Below are positions 50,060-62,700 of a stretch of DNA of 64,000 nucleotides, one piece after another. The translations under genes and the position numbers were made by a program. The notes under the pieces were generated by a model. The model was not told where the DNA came from. It made no database searches and saw nothing but the letters and a program-made list of their open reading frames with translations. Within the stretch, counting starts at the first letter, position 1; each line of letters opens with the position of its first letter. The stretch lies in contig FLMG01003894.1 of assembly GCA_900088475.1 (NCBI GenBank), positions 1 through 64,000 of the forward strand. The letters run 5' to 3'. Origin of the DNA: Hyphochytrium catenoides (taxonomy: Eukaryota; Protista; Hyphochytriomycota).

Positions 50060-52333
50060 TCACTGCTTCTTTTCGCCCTTACTTCCAGCCTTCTTGAAGC
50101 GATTCGCAATGCTTTTGCGGAACTTTTTGTCCTCCGAGACCTTCATCGCCATCACGAACAAAATCAGGAAGGCGGAGCCGCCTAGTGTTGCCAAGCCCAC
50201 GTAAATCATCGTGGAGTCCTCCGCCAGCTGAGTCACTGAGTAGGCAGGGGCAACGTGATGTTAGCACATTGAGCTTAGACGAGAAGTAGAGAGTGAGGGA
50301 GACAACAGAAGCAAGTCAAAGATAATCTGGGAGAGAAAAAAGAAAGTCGCAGAGAGTGATAGTAGCGGGACGAGATGGCCTAGGACCTGTGTCTCGGCCG
50401 ACAATTAGCCTGGTTCCAGCGTAGGGCATAATGAAGTCGTCTCCCTTCCTGACCAGCACATTGATATAGAAAACATCGCCCTACAAGGCCAAGAGGGAAA
50501 AAATAGGACCGGCAGACGGGACCAGGGCGAGTGAGGGCTAATCGTTCAACAGCGTAACGGACAGACAAAGCATTACCGCCCCAAAGGTCATTGTCCTGCG
50601 GATGGCTTCAGCGCTGGGATTGATCTCTTCCCATCCCTGGAATTTGCTGACGTTCAAGTTCTGCATGAGGCCGCACGTGGTCCAGAGAATGCACTGTGTG
50701 TTATTCTGCAACCAGCAGACCGTGAGATGAGGATACTTGGCTTACGAATAAGCGGCTAGGACGGGGTGGGAAAGAGGTCGAGGAGAACCAGGACAGCTGC
50801 AAGCGCCCAGGACAGGTCGGAGTCTAGGTCGGCACAGGAAATGGAACGAGAGTTTGAGGGCGAAAGGAGAGGAACAGGGTCGGACCTTGACCACTGCTAA
50901 GTCCGTAGAGGCATTGTGATAGCAAGGATGCTCTGGATCTTTGGGTATGGAGTAGGCAACCAGATGGTACTCAAAGGCCCCGCCGGAGACGGTATTCCAG
51001 TAGACATCCACGGTCTCATTGTTCACTTGCTCAGCCCACACCGTGCGATTCTCAGGAAGCGGAGGGACTTGGGCTGCAGTTGCCAATCATTAGTGCTGTC
51101 CAGCCAGAAGGACATCAAGAGGACTAGCAGGTAGGTCCTTAACCCCCAAAGAAAAGAGGAAAAAGCCTCAAAATGAGAGAGCGACAGGTACACGAAGGTA
51201 GCCATCACCTTCAGCCGTAGGGATAAACAGCTGGACCGAGTAGTTTGCTTTGGTTGAGGAGTTGACAACCAGATACTGCTCACTGAGAGGAGAAGGAGAA
51301 ACAGAGTTCATGAGAAACCTTGCCAGATCCGATAGAGCTGGGAAGGAAAGCGACCTCACCTATACTTCATCGGCAGAGTGATGACGTTCAAGTCTCCAGC
51401 TAAGGTAAGAGAGAGAAAGAGAGCGGGCAACAGGACAGAACAGCGGGGACTGGTGAGGCTGGCTTTCCATGTGAATGGCCATTGAAGGGCTTACTAGGCA
51501 AGAATATGGCAGCAATGGAAGGCAATTGGATAGAACCAGGCAGATGGACAGAAAGATGAAGGGAAGAGGCATCTTTGCCAGAGCAATGAGGACGCCATAA
51601 AGGGACCAGCTTTGTGGCAGAGACGATCTAGGGGTAGGAAGAAGGTGCTAAAAAGACAGGCTCTATAAATCGAAAGCGTGGGAGAGAAGAAGAAAGGTTC
51701 ACGCCGCCCTCGCTCACCGTTGGCAGGGTCGGAGGTGAATGACTTGAGGATGTTGTGGGACTGATAGAAGCCAAACTTGAGGTCGAGCAGCACGTCTCCG
51801 CCGCAGGGACTGACGATGAAGCTGATGTTGGGAGTGCCGTGATGGATCAGCGAGTAATCGTCCAGCAGCCAGTGAAAGTTTCGGATCGCGCGGTCGCCCT
51901 CTCCCTCCGTGCTGTTGGCCGTCGTAGTCTCATTCACCTTCATTCAAAGCGAGGGCGGGCTTAGGAGTATTATACAGGGTGAGGAGATAGGCAAACTGTC
52001 CTGCTTATCCTCCAGCTTACTCTAAGATATCACTGGACAGCGTAGATAGTGAGAAAGAGAGGAATGAGGAGACGGAGGCGGAGGAGCGAGGAAGGTAGGG
52101 AGAGAAGAAAGTTCCGGGCTCCGTACCATGATGGGCGCTGTGTTCTTGTACAGGCAGTCACACTTGGGATAGGCGAACACCTCGCCGTTCAGCTCGTAGC
52201 TACAGCAGGGAGGGACGGCCGCCGCGGCCCTGAAAGTCAGGCAAAGCACCAGAAGCAAGAGGACAGGTCGGTATGACCTGCCCCTTGCCGCCTGGGAGCC
52301 CATGCACCTGGCAGGGACTAGCAGGGATCTCAT
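50060..52333 (-). CDS. Type-I single-pass membrane glycoprotein of unknown function
   Basis: Signal peptide (PVLLLLVLCLTFRAAAA), Cys-containing beta-rich ectodomain with N-x-S/T sites (CILWTTCGL, FYINVLV), TM IYVGLATLGGSAFLILFVMAM and a basic cytosolic tail; GT-AG introns. Confidence 0.75.
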
Positions 52334-53279
52334 CCGTCAAACCCTCTTATTACCAGCGGGGACGCCGAGCCCTCAAAGGTACAAGCCACCGTTAGTCACT
52401 GGCCACTAAGCCTCTGAACAGTCCCAAGATCGGTCAGGAGCGAGTACCAATGCCTAGAGGAAAGCTTGGTGAGAAATGCTCTTGTCCGTCGCCCCCTCTC
52501 AAGACGGAAGTATAGCCTCTTTCCTGCTGCCTTTCTCCCCCTCCTAGTCACTCTCAGTTCTGCTCTCTCTTGCTCTCTTACTCGTTTGTCTGTTCTGGGA
52601 CGCGGCTGTGCAGATGTGGCTCCTCACCCACGATAAGGTGTCGAAGGGAACAGGAAGGATAGGACAGTGGAGGAAGCTTTCGAAGAAGGATAAGGGACGC
52701 TCTCAACCGCCCTCACATTGCACTTCCCTCTCCTTCCTCCTTCTCTTGTTGCTCTCCCGGCTGCTGCTGCTCCTGCTGCCCTTTCTCAACGCTGTGTCTC
52801 TATCTCCTCACTCCTCACAATCCCTTCTCCTGATTGAGCTCCTCTCTTCTCCCTTCTCGGATCAAGCGCCAACTCCCTCATGAAAACAATCTGTGACCTT
52901 TGACAGCACCCTACCAGGCAGGCCGTTAGCGACTCTAGGGCAGGCGTTGTCTGAGGCCAACCAAACCTTTGAAAGGACGCTTTTGTCGCTGTCACGGCCC
53001 CTGCCTCCCTTCCCCTCCGTTGCCCTCAGCAGTACGAGCTAGAGCGTTATAATGACCAGAGAGCGGCGACAGCAGTCCTCGCTCCTCCCATCAACCATAA
53101 GGAGGCCTGCTTCTTCTGGCTCTGCTTACAGCTGGTACCTGAGCTGGCTGATGGATCCGAGGAAGGAAGCTGAGCGAAGGGAAGCTGTTCGACAAAGGAT
53201 CTCTAGGGACGCAAACATATACTTGCGAGGGAAAGGGACCAGCAACAACAAGGCTCCTCCAGAAAGAGAGATAAGTCCA

Positions 53280-56240
53280 GGGACATATGCAAGCCTGCCA
53301 AGAGACAGGACATTGGGCCAAGGACTGCCCTCTCGGGAAGGCCGAAGCTAAGGAGAGAAGAGTAGAGAAGGAAAAGAAGGAGGAGGTGAGAAATGCCTGC
53401 AAAAGCGAAAGATGGTCAGGAAGGTCGTGCTTTGATGGCCAATTCGACTAGCTCTCGGACGGGAGCACCTACCATGTCTGCACCACATTAGGATGAATGC
53501 GGTCTGTTCAGAACCTGGTCCACGCCATTGTAATCTAGGGCATAGCGGGCACCAGTGTTACGGCACTCGCGAAGGGAACAGTTCTTCTCTCCGTCATCGT
53601 TTGATGGCAAGGCGGCTCCCTTGAAGGTTAGGGATGTGCTTTACCTCCCTAATGCCTCCCACAAGTTTGAAGTCCATATCCACATGCGTGGACTCTGGGG
53701 CAGAGCTACTGCTCAACAGAGAGACCAGAGTCCTTCCAGGGCCTTGACCTAAGGAGGTCCTCTGGACAGCGGATGCCGCAAACGGGGTCTGTGCAGTGAA
53801 TGGAACGACCACTACCCTACAAAGTCTTCTTAAGGACCTTGAGAAAGCAGGTGTTGCCTAACCTTCAAGGGCGGATCAAACCTGCGACTTCAACGAGTGC
53901 CACCTCTTCCTCACTTCAGCAATCGCATGATGTCTAGGCCATTTAGGAGAAGCAAGACTCAGACAGGTAGTGGCCCTAGCTAATGGGATTCATCCCAAAG
54001 AGGTCGATAGAAAGCTTGCCGACTGTGTAGAGTGCGCTGAAGATAAGCGTACACAAACTTCTTTTCCTCTAGGTGAAGCTAACCGAGCGTCTGAACCGCT
54101 GGGCCTCGTGCATGCTGATAAGGTGCAGGTAGAGGCGAAGACGCATCAGGGAGCGCGCTATGCTGTCATCTACAATGATGACAAGAGCAGGTACAAGAAG
54201 GGATATCTGTTGAAAGCCAATGCTGACCAGCCAGCAGCCTACCAAAAGTACCTTGCTGACTGCAAAGGAACCCATGGGAAAGTTGCTCTTACTCTCCACA
54301 GTGACAACGGCGTTGAGTTTATCAACGAGAGATCTGTAACTTCAATCTGCAGGAGAGCATCGACCACATCACTACTACGTCATACACTCCACAACAAACA
54401 GAACGGGGTAGCAGAGAGAGGCAATGGGCCTTTCATGGAAATGGTAAGAGCCATGCTGCTCGCAGCAGGTCTTCTAAAGTTCTTTCCTGGAGAGGCGCTG
54501 CAAGTGGCAATCTACCTTTCAAACCGCCTCCCAACCAAAGCTGTCCAAGGAAAGGTGCTTTATGAGGCCTTCCATGGACGGAAATCTTCCCTTCGTCATA
54601 TCAGGACTTCTGGCTATCCTGGGTTATGGTACGCCAGAAGAAGGCGTACAGACTTCTAAGGTTGGATTTATCGCGAGATGATACTCTCACGAAACGTGCG
54701 GTTCTTCGAGGACATCTTTCCTTACAAAAATAGCCTTCTTCAGCCAGACGAAGACGACCGGGCTGTGGGTGCAGCTACTGAGGATGGAGTACTTGAGTTA
54801 GCAGCTGGTGACAATGGGAGTGTAGAGGATAGCGACGGTGATTAAGTACCAGTCGAGGAGGAGGTTCAGTTGGATCTATTGACTGGCAGATAGCTCTCCA
54901 GCAGGAAGAAGGTAAGTTAGACCGGGACGGGAGAGGCGTAACCTGACAGGCCATTTATGGTGTTTTCCCTCGTGGCAACAACTGACCCTACGCAGATACC
55001 CGTGGTTGAGTCTCAGACCTACAAGAAGGCCCTAGCGTCACCTCAGACGGAGGAACGGTTAGAGGCTATGGCGTCTGAGATGAACTCACTACCTGAGAAC
55101 AACACATGGGAGTAGCTAGCAGAGTCCACGTCAGTGGAACAAAGAAGTGGATCTGACTCTTGTACCTACTACAAGAGAAGGATCTTCTCGCAGAATGCAG
55201 TACCAAGAAAGTCAGATCCACTTCTTTGTTCCACTGACGTGGACTCTGCTTAGGACCATAGATAGACCTCAGCAGGTCGCAGACAAGCTTGGGTTGACCT
55301 GGGTCTGTAAGCCCCTCCGTCCACCACAAAGATCTCCTCATCAAGCTTGTCATAGCGAAAAGCCGTAGCAACATCTAATTGCTTGACCGAGTAACCTTCA
55401 TTAGCACCCTCAAACATTTTCTCGGTATAGACTTCCAGTGTGAGAGGGAGGGCGCGTCTTGGTCATGGTACAGACCAGCTACATTGAGCGTTTGCTGTCT
55501 TCGTTTGGCATGAGTGATGCTTAAGAAGCGGCCATCCCTCTTCAAGCAGGAATACATCTCAGAAAGGTAGGAAAAGGCCAGTCTCACTTTGGAGGAAGAG
55601 GTAAAAATGGCTAGGCCTTCCTATCGGAGTCTTCTTGGGTCTCTTATGTTTCTGGTCACTTGCACTCGTCCGGCCTCAGCCTTTGCAGTTGGTCTTCTCT
55701 GTCGTTTTCTTGGTCAACCTGGTCCAGAGCACTGGGAACCACGCAAATAGGTGCCTAGTTACCTGAAGAAGACTAAAGACTTAGGTCTTCTACTTGGCTC
55801 GTCCCAATCCCTCTAATACCGCTACCTCACCTATTACTGGTAGTGCCCTCCCTCTTCCCCTTTAAGGGTTATGGTGATGCCGATTGGGTTGGAGACCTTG
55901 CCAGTAGAAAATCCACTACTGGTCTAGTGGTTCATTTGGCACACACTCTCTTGAAGGGAGGCAGAGCCCATCGCTCTGAAGGACGTGATTAAGAAGTCAT
56001 TTGGCTCCAGCTCTTGGTCTCAGAAACTTCAGAAAGTGAGTCTTCTGATGGTTCTCATACCACTCTCTACAGCGATAGCGCTAATGCTATCAGGTTGGTT
56101 CTTTATTAAACCTTTGTGCACCTCGATGTGCACTGTGGGCTATCACTTTTGTGAAGGAGAGATTGGAGATGCATGGCTTGGACTTGAAGCATTGCCCGAC
56201 CAATGGGATGGTGGCAGACCTTCTAACTAAGCCTCTGGCA
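53280..56240 (+). mobile_element. Degenerate Ty1/copia retrotransposon (gag knuckle, PR, IN, RT, RNase H) with an internal inversion
   Basis: CQETGHWAKDCP knuckle, DGSTYHV protease relic, LVHAD..HSDNGVEF..QNGVAER integrase, YRSLLGSLMF..TRP, YGDADWVGD..RKSTTG. Domain order IN-RT-RH; many stops and frameshifts. Confidence 0.93.
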
Positions 56241-56458
56241 CGATGTATGTTGGTTGGAATTGGGGATGCAGCTGATCCTCCCCTTAATGGTGTACCGGGT
56301 GGTTAACGATTAAGGAGATCCGGTGGGAACGTCAGAGGACTGTAGCGATACCTTGACGGAGTATGCAGATTGTCGTCTGATTCGCGGAGTCTTTGTCTCA
56401 CCCACCCGTTATAGCAGAGGGAGGAGGTTGAGCTGTATCCACGATTCCAATTAACCTA

Positions 56459-56713
56459 CTACCTCTCAGCTAAACCGAGGCTCCACTGTCGTTGAGAGAT
56501 GGGACTAAGCTGCTTAGCCACAGTCTCAAACGGGGCTCGCCCCAGAGGCTTAGTAAATATATCTGCCACCATCCCATTGGTCGTGCAGTGCTTCAAGTCC
56601 AAGCAATGCATCTCCAGTCTCTCCTTCACAAAGTGATAGCGCACATCGAGAGTTTGTACCGCGAGTGACATTCCCTTCCTACACCTCCAGCACTCTGACC
56701 CGGGCCTGCCCAC
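56459..56713 (-). mobile_element. Second copia fragment (RNase H C-terminus), opposite orientation
   Basis: DVRYHFVKE..HCTTNGMVADIFTKPL; high nucleotide similarity to 56122-56238. Confidence 0.9.
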
Positions 56714-57337
56714 TGATTGTAGAAGAAGTCACAGGAGGGACAGTGGGTGGCGATGACCGTCTTCTCTCCAGTGCTGCTCTTGTTTCCAAGGCAGGGTCCG
56801 CTCCCACTCATCTCTTCAGCTCTTGGCGAATAAAGGCACCGGAGAGAGCTAAGGAGCAAAAGAAAGAGAAGTTATCTTATGGAAGCAAAGCGCCACCTGG
56901 TGCATCAGCGCTGCTGCTGTACATCTTTTTACAATAGGGCCTCTGCCCTTCAGCCTAAGCTTCTTCTGTTGACCTATTTCCACTCGGCGCTAATCCTCGG
57001 TCGCCTCCCAGAGAGACAGAGAGATGGTTGACACTAGAGAAATAGTGAAGCTGGTCAACCCGATAGCAGAGTATCTGCCACGGGCAGCTCAGCAGCAAAG
57101 GAGCCGGTCCCAACGCGGCAACATATTAACCTTGAGAAAGAATCTGATGACAGCATAAGAGTGAGATGAGGAAGACACTAAGCAAGTCGTTGGAAAGCTA
57201 GGGAGAGAGACTAGAGAAACGGCTAAGTCTCCAGGGGTTCCCATGCGGGCACCCAATCCCATGCGGACAACCCCTTCCACGGCGGAACGGTAGCGTTGCG
57301 GCATCTTGGTTCAAGGCCCTAATTCTGAACAGTTCCC

Positions 57338-59778
57338 TCAACAGGAATGCAGAAGGGACGTGGCGTGGGCTCCTCCTAACCACTCGTTCGCCATGACGAC
57401 GGGCACCCAGCGGCGGAGTGAAGTCAGAAGCTCTTGGCCCGGTCGACCCTCAAACCTGTTCGCCATCAGGTCAAGGAATTGCAGAGGAAACCGTGAGGTT
57501 GAGGTGTTAGTGCCACAGTTGTTTCTGACCACAGGCCTCTCCAACGACAACCTGCGTCGCTTTGTCAGCGGGGACCGTTGCTCTGCATTTCTACTCTGAG
57601 AGCCTTTCTGCGGCCAGCCCTCCACCAACCTGACGAGAAGAGATAGTGTGCTGGTTGTGAGCTCGCATCGCGCCAAGTGGAGAGACTGCAGCCTAAACAT
57701 GTCTTGGCGGTAGGACAGGAGCTTGGCGACTCCAGCGTCTCCAATTAGGTTCCAGCTGAGGTCCAGTTCCTGTAAGGCCCCGTGAGCATGGAAGGCTTCT
57801 ACAAGGTCCTGCTGAAAGCTCTCTTCTCTAAGCCCTGTTCTTCTCATGATCAACCGTTGAAGTCGGACATTTTTCCGTAACAGCAAGGCTAAGGCTTCTG
57901 GCAGACATGACTCGCCAAGGGGATTATAGCTCACGTCCACGCTGGTCAAGGTTGTGAATGATTCTGCGACGGCGAGAAGGCCAGGACTGCCCATAGTGAG
58001 GCCAGAGAGATCCAGGACAGCAATTGGGGGTGCCCCTTCTCCTGCGGCCCGAACCGCCTCCGCGAGCCTGGTAATTTCAGGTGTACCAAGGTGGTGGATA
58101 TTAGAGAGGCTTAGAGACGTCAAAAATCGGAGGTGCCCTCGCTCCATGGCTCGGAATAGTCCGCCACCCCCGTCGGCCAGGTGCTGGGTGCTGGTGAGAT
58201 CAAGTGCACGGAGTGTGAGAGGGCCAGGTCGCTGTTTGCCACTCAAACCTAGCACTTCCAGCATCTCTCCATGGACCTCCTCTAGTCCCACCAGCCTTAG
58301 CGACTGGAATTTGCTATTCTTTCTCATTCCAATATTCCAAAGTTGAAGCTCATTAACTCCGAAGAGCTGCACGTGGAAGAGTGTGAGGCGGTAGAGTCCT
58401 GGGAGAAGCCGTGTGAGGAAGGTCTTCACCCAGGCCTTGGGTTCGTTATCTGCCTCACTCCCTCCTTGGGTGCTCACCATAGAGTGCCCACGCTCATCGG
58501 CGATACTCAGCGCCAATATGGGGCAGTTTGAGGCATTCGAAGTGAGCTCTGAGATAATAAAGCCGGTCAATTGTGATGTGTGATAGCCATAGGTGATGGC
58601 AGAGCACAGAGGGAGAAGAAAGACGTAACCTAAAGGTGAAAAGGTGGAATACCTTCTTAAGGTACAATCAGACCTTAAACAGCACGAGCGAGGGAAACCG
58701 CAGTATCGAGTAAGAGGAAGAACAGAGACGCCGCAGCCTCAACCTCACCTCCGGCCTCTGAGTGCCCCTTCGGTCCTCGACTTGTGAGTGCGTTCATAAC
58801 ATCCCTCATGTAGATCTCAGACCCAAGGTCCACGCAGACCTCCGACAGCTTCGGAAGGTCGTGAATAAGATCTATGACTCGGGCGAGGGAGGTGGCGTAT
58901 CCCCCCAATTCTGGCGGCGTCCAGCAGGCGCCTGCATGCGTGAGCTTTATCGTCCGCAGGGAGTGAAGCTCGGCCAGTGAGGGCAGCTTTGAACGCCAGT
59001 TAACCAAGCTTTCGACCCTGACAGTCAGGGTCCAGAGAACTCCAGAGAGGACCATACGAAAGACTCGTGGCTCCAGATTTCTGAGGAGACCTGCCCCCAT
59101 TGCTGCTCCAGTGCTGCGCCTCTCTCTCAGTTCCCCCGCCATCAGCAGCCGCCAAAACCATTCACGGCGGCTTTCCTCCCGCCGCCATCCGACAATTGTA
59201 TTGCTGTCACTTAGTCGCTGGTAGTGCTGAACGCTAGGCGTAGACAGAGAAAGCAGATTCGGTAGGGGCTCAGAATGAGAAGGTAGGTAACACGGAAGAA
59301 GAATCCCCAAGAAAGAGACGAGGTAACAGCAGCAGAACTCTTACCATGGAGGGAACATGCCACTCCGCCGACCTTGCGTCTCCCACGCTCCGGCTAGCAA
59401 CGGATAATCTTCATCTAAGACCTGCAAGGCTTGTGCAGTCGCCTCCTCAGCCAGATCGGCAGCGTCTGAGATGACTGGTTTGAGCTCATCGTCCTCTTCT
59501 ACTCTTCTCTTTCTATGGGCGACTTTGTCAACCCCATTTGGTCCCAACGAGATGAGGAAGCTTTCTAGGAGGCGCAAAGAGACGGCGTCCAGGCAGTCAA
59601 CTATACATGATAGCAGATCTGGCAAGGCGCAGATTGAGAGGAAGGCTGGGTCCCTTTGGCTGCTCGCCTTCTTCTCTCCAGATACTGACGCAAAGCGCGA
59701 GGACATCACTGCCGGCAATTTCCTATCCTTCTTTTCATTGAGACCTTGCTTCTCGCCATGGCCCTCTTCCCGAGGCAT
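57338..59778 (-). CDS. Leucine-rich repeat (RI-like) protein with possible F-box-like N-terminal motif
   Basis: LRALDLT, LTSLSLS, LTSVDVSYNPLG, LQELDLSWNLIGDAGV, LQSLHLARCEL; N-terminal LPDLLSCIVDCLD. Ends approximate. Confidence 0.75.
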
Positions 59779-62700
59779 GAGGAAGCAGTAGTCTCTTCTT
59801 GGCACGGAGTAAAGAGCATCAATACTGCTGCTTCTTCTTCCCACTGCCCTTGTACAAGGGGAAGTGACAGACTCCTTCCAGAACCTCTATCAAAGAAGCT
59901 TCTTGTGAATCCTTCCTTCTCCCCCGACGATGCTATTTCCCCCTGCTCCTTCCTCCCCGCTATCCTCCTTCTCCAGCGGTGGTACCTTGCCGGGTAGCCC
60001 CGATGACGCTTTCTCCGATGATGTTCGTGTTTCCTTCTTCTTCCATTGGGACTGGACGATGTCTCTGAAGAGCTCAGCGTGTGTCCCTCTGCCCTCTGCT
60101 GCTCACGGCTGGACGACTACTGGGCGAGGCTGCCATTTGTATCTTCATCCTCCGTAGCCGCGAGGCCCAGCTCCTCCTCCTCCTCATACAGCACCAGGCA
60201 CCAGGGCTTCACAGCACCTGCTCCGCCCCCGCCGTGTCGTCCAAGCAGATGGATGATGTTCTCTGACAAACACACAACAAATACAAGTACCCACCATAAG
60301 TACCTGAGAGACCTAAGGACTTGGACCTTGAACAAGTACAATCCGCGCCGCCCCATAATGACTGACAAGCTGACCAGTGCTGCCCCGCCGCCCGCCACAC
60401 ACTGCTGTGGGAGGAGGAGGAGGGAAGAAGAAAGAATCGCCACAAAAACTTACGAAGAGCTTGCTGCCCGGAAGCACCACTTCCCAAACCTCTTCCCGTT
60501 GACGACACGACTAATGTTTAGAAAGCATTAGTCTACAGTCCGGACTGCCTAGAGATGGTAAAAAAGTAGAGTAGCAGTTTCGGTTCTAATAACTCTTGGT
60601 GCCGCATAGTAGTGATGAGCCATTCTTGATGGTTCAGCCTCCTCATTTTTCCGTGTTGACTTCTGCTGCTAGCTTCCTCCAGCAGGTAGCAGCAGTCGTG
60701 GTGCTACAGGTCGTGTCGTCCATCATCAGAGAGCAGCAGAAAGCGTCGTCTTCTTGGTGAAGATGATCGCTGCTGCTGCTTCTTCTCGGACTGACTTCCC
60801 AGCTTCTATCGCAAATCGGTCGTTAGACACCCGCTATTTCAGTCTTCTTCTTCTTCCTGCATTGCTTTCATTCTATTTCCTATCCTTGACCCTATCTCGC
60901 GCCCTCATACCCCACCGCAGCACCATCTAACCGAGAGCAGATGATCTGGAGGAAGCCGCGGCGCTCTAATGTGAACACCGACTATTATCATATCCATACC
61001 TACAGCAGCATCATCATCCCTATAATAGTAGTAACGTGTGATGAACCTCTAGAAGACGCCTACTCTGCAGCTCCTTCTTTGATGATAAGGTCAGAGAGAG
61101 AGAGAATAATGATGAAGGTTTCTGGTACGTGGGAGGGCTTCATCTTCTAGTTCCTGAGGTGCTCCTTACTTCCCAACCTCCTTTGTTGTTGTTGTTAGTA
61201 GTCTTTCTTCGCTCACCCTCCTCGCTTTGCCATCATCATGAACCTAGCTGCTCGTTGCGTCTCCTCCTCCGCAATCTCTATCGTTCAGTTCCGCTTCTTT
61301 CGTTGCTATTCGTAATAATGGCATCTCTTACCTCACTCTACCACCGATGATGTCATCCTCTTCTCTCACGAGCGATCAACGCCTTTACTTGTTTGTTACG
61401 ACCTCTCTTCTCCCAGCTCACAGTAGTAACCGCCGCCCTGGCTCGCTTTTACTCTATAATGGCTGCCATTGTCATTTCTCCTCGATCATCTGCTGCCGCC
61501 AAAGCTATAAGTGTCCATTATTGGTATTCACTCATGTGGTGGCTTGTAATATAAGAAGACTAGGGACGGGTCCTGAGGGAGAAGAATGAGAAGAAGAAGG
61601 TCCTTTGTCTGTACCTTGGCTGGCCAGGCCTCTCTACAGACAAGCTGAGGAGGAAGACTTAGCGGGAACGCGGTGCGCAAGTAACAAAATGCCTTCTACT
61701 TCAGAGAGAAGTTTTATTAATTGAAATATGATAGTGTAGGAGTGTAACAAGGTGGGAGTCTCCCTTGGGAGAGTCATTCAGTCTACCTGATAATGTAAAG
61801 ATAGAAGTAGTTACATGCAAGAAAGATTAATCCAGAAGAGGTTATCCAAGAAACACGCAAAGGGGAAGAAGAGAGCAAAAAAGGAAAAGAATGAGAGTAT
61901 CCGTCGTCAAAGCGATCCGTTGCGTACTCTAGTCACGACTGCTGCCTGTCCTGAGAGTACTTCATCATCCCATACACCCGCCGATCCTCCGTGTCATCCA
62001 GGGCGCAATCAGGTTGTGGTTAGCAGCTGTCAGAGAAACACGCACACAGGTAAAATCATGACTCTATACTTAGCGTTTGAGACCTGGGAGCAGGAGAGCT
62101 TCCTCCTGGGCGGCGCCGGCTCAGCTCGTAACGTACTACCCCTAGTAGTTGCCCGGCGGCACCGAGGAAGCTTGAAAAGAACGCTCTAACGCCGATATGC
62201 GAGTAGTAGAGACTGCCCAATATTGAAAGTGAGATTGCAGAAGAAAGACTAACGTGGAGAGCGCCGGGAATGCCTATTTCTTTCTTGATGCACTCCTCCA
62301 TGATGATGATGCAAGATCCAGATTACTACCAGCTAAACATGGAAAACATGCAATCAGGAGTGCCGCCATCTCTTTAAACCACTTCTTATTACGGAGGATG
62401 TGGCCCTTGACTACTACTTTACTACTTGGCGAGGACACATAAGAGACTGCCGTCCTTGGCAAGAAGCAAAAAACCTACTACATCTTGTCAAGCCGTCAAT
62501 TCCTGCATAACAAGAAGCTCAGAGCCAAGCGCTTGACGGAGGTCGTTAAAAATGAGTAGGGCTACTTCTTCACCACCACCATAATTCAGAACAAATTTAC
62601 CTGCTTCAGACTGCCAGTTTGACCATCACAAGAAAGGATAACAGAGTCATGACACGAGACCTTGCCCTCTCAGAAAAAGAGACGCTAAAGCAGATATGGA

